A DNA stretch of 28,252 nucleotides, from the IMG/VR virus record IMGVR_UViG_3300037067_017589. One strand, written 5' to 3'. Source of the stretch: an uncultured virus (IMG/VR IMGVR_UViG_3300037067_017589). Lineage: Duplodnaviria > Heunggongvirae > Uroviricota > Caudoviricetes. This document shows, one piece after another, positions 27,825 to 28,252 of the stretch (the stretch's first letter is position 1; each line of letters opens with the position of its first letter). The notes under the pieces are model-generated. The model was not told the origin of the DNA. It did no database searches and worked only from the letters and a program-made list of their open reading frames with translations. Position numbers and translations under genes: made by a program.

Positions 27825-27895
27825 GCTCCGTGGGTGGGATTACCCAGCAGAATCTTCTAAATTCAGCGATCAAGGTTCGAGTCCTTGGCGGAGTA
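27825..27895 (+). tRNA. trnR: tRNA-Arg(UCU), atypical D-arm
   Basis: Acceptor GCTCCGT/GCGGAGT, anticodon loop CTTCTAA (TCT at 27856-27858), T-arm CAAGG-TTCGAGT-CCTTG. No encoded CCA. Confidence 0.8.
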
Positions 27896-27912
27896 CTAAT
27901 TACAATTTAAAT

Positions 27913-27984
27913 GCTTTCTAAGCATTGCTGGCGATGCAGAGGTCTTGTAAACCTCAGAAATCGGTTCGATTCCGATAGAAAGCT
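27913..27984 (+). tRNA. trnT: tRNA-Thr(UGU)
   Basis: Acceptor GCTTTCT/AGAAAGC, D-stem GCAT/ATGC, anticodon arm GAGGT-CTTGTAA-ACCTC (TGT at 27946-27948), T-arm ATCGG-TTCGATT-CCGAT. No encoded CCA. Confidence 0.92.
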
Positions 27985-28044
27985 CTAATACAAATTAGTT
28001 AAGGTCTGTATCAGAAAGTAAAAAAAATGATTAATGCAAAAGAA

Positions 28045-28252
28045 TTAACCTAACGTGTAAGAAGCCCCTTTCCTTTAGGTGAGTGATGAATTGCCATGGA
28101 ATTTTATTATTTTCTAAAATCAAAGAATATTACAAGAATAATTATGCTAACTTTTCAATATAAATTATGTCCTTCCAAGGAACAACAAACTAAATTTTGG
28201 CTTCATGCTAATAAACTTAATTGGATATATAATTATTTCCTTAATCAACGTA
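28045..28252 (+). mobile_element. IS200/IS605-family (tnpB-first, IS1341-like) element, left end; runs off the window
   Basis: Left-end motif TTAACCTAACGTGTAAGAAGCCCCTTTCCTTTAGGTGAGTGATGAATTGCC, followed about 50 bp later by tnpB with no tnpA in between. Confidence 0.8.
28144..28252 (+). CDS. tnpB: TnpB RNA-guided nuclease, N-terminal fragment (3'-truncated by window edge)
   Basis: MLTFQYKLCPSKEQQTKFWLHANKLNWIYNYFLNQR matches the HTH_OrfB_IS605 pattern (Y+L.P..EQ...L......R.+YN..L). Confidence 0.85.
   Translation, partial: MLTFQYKLCPSKEQQTKFWLHANKLNWIYNYFLNQR

Larger units (their letters stand above)
1..28252 (+). other. Segment of a large myovirus-like (jumbo) phage genome: baseplate module, accessory genes, tRNAs
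   Basis: Co-oriented gp25-like, baseplate-J-like and gpI-like genes of unusually large size; phage-typical accessory families (DUF4326, gp88-like, Trp-repeat, DEDDh exonuclease); tRNAs without CCA; no cellular housekeeping genes. Confidence 0.85.

Noticed and set aside
27849..27865. Amber suppressor or pyrrolysine tRNA (CTA in TTCTAAA)
   Set aside because: Stem pairing GAAT/ATTC centres the 7-nt loop on TCT; a CTA-centred loop has no supporting stem.
4915..28095. CRISPR array from the recurring GTGCAAGAAG repeat
   Set aside because: Copies are dispersed over 23 kb with no regular spacers; one is the left end of a tnpB element.
1..28252. Stop-codon reassignment (alternative genetic code)
   Set aside because: Long genes are intact in code 11 and end in TAA, TAG and TGA at sensible boundaries; the gp88 break is a frameshift, not an in-frame stop.

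Overview
Very AT-rich, densely coding window with all credible genes on the + strand, standard genetic code. It looks like part of a large (jumbo-type) contractile-tailed phage genome. Bases 1-18700 are a baseplate/tail-tip module: spike-like C-terminus, a hydrophobic protein with an Ig-like domain, an unknown protein, a gp25-like wedge protein, an enlarged baseplate-J, a 2246-aa gpI/gp7-like wedge protein with two LamG domains, and a ~1000-aa protein with a dockerin-like domain. Bases 18796-27791 are accessory genes: FAD oxidoreductase, DEDDh exonuclease, sugar O-methyltransferase-like, DUF4326, GT-B glycosyltransferase-like, HAD hydrolase, a frameshifted gp88-like gene in frame with a nucleoside 2-deoxyribosyltransferase, radical SAM and a Trp-repeat protein. 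These are followed by two atypical tRNAs (Arg-UCU, Thr-UGU) and the left end plus start of an IS605-group tnpB element. Most notable: (1) the tripeptide Asp-Gly-Tyr occurs 28 times (hand count) in four structural proteins and never in the accessory proteins, with varied codons, suggesting a protein-level modification or binding signal, and candidate sugar-modifying enzymes are encoded next door; (2) ~48-51 bp IS605-end-derived mini-elements, two of which sit on stop codons and bracket the gp25 gene; (3) a 2-kb patch with several short tandem duplications that alter reading frames. All family calls come from motif recognition by eye, not database searches.
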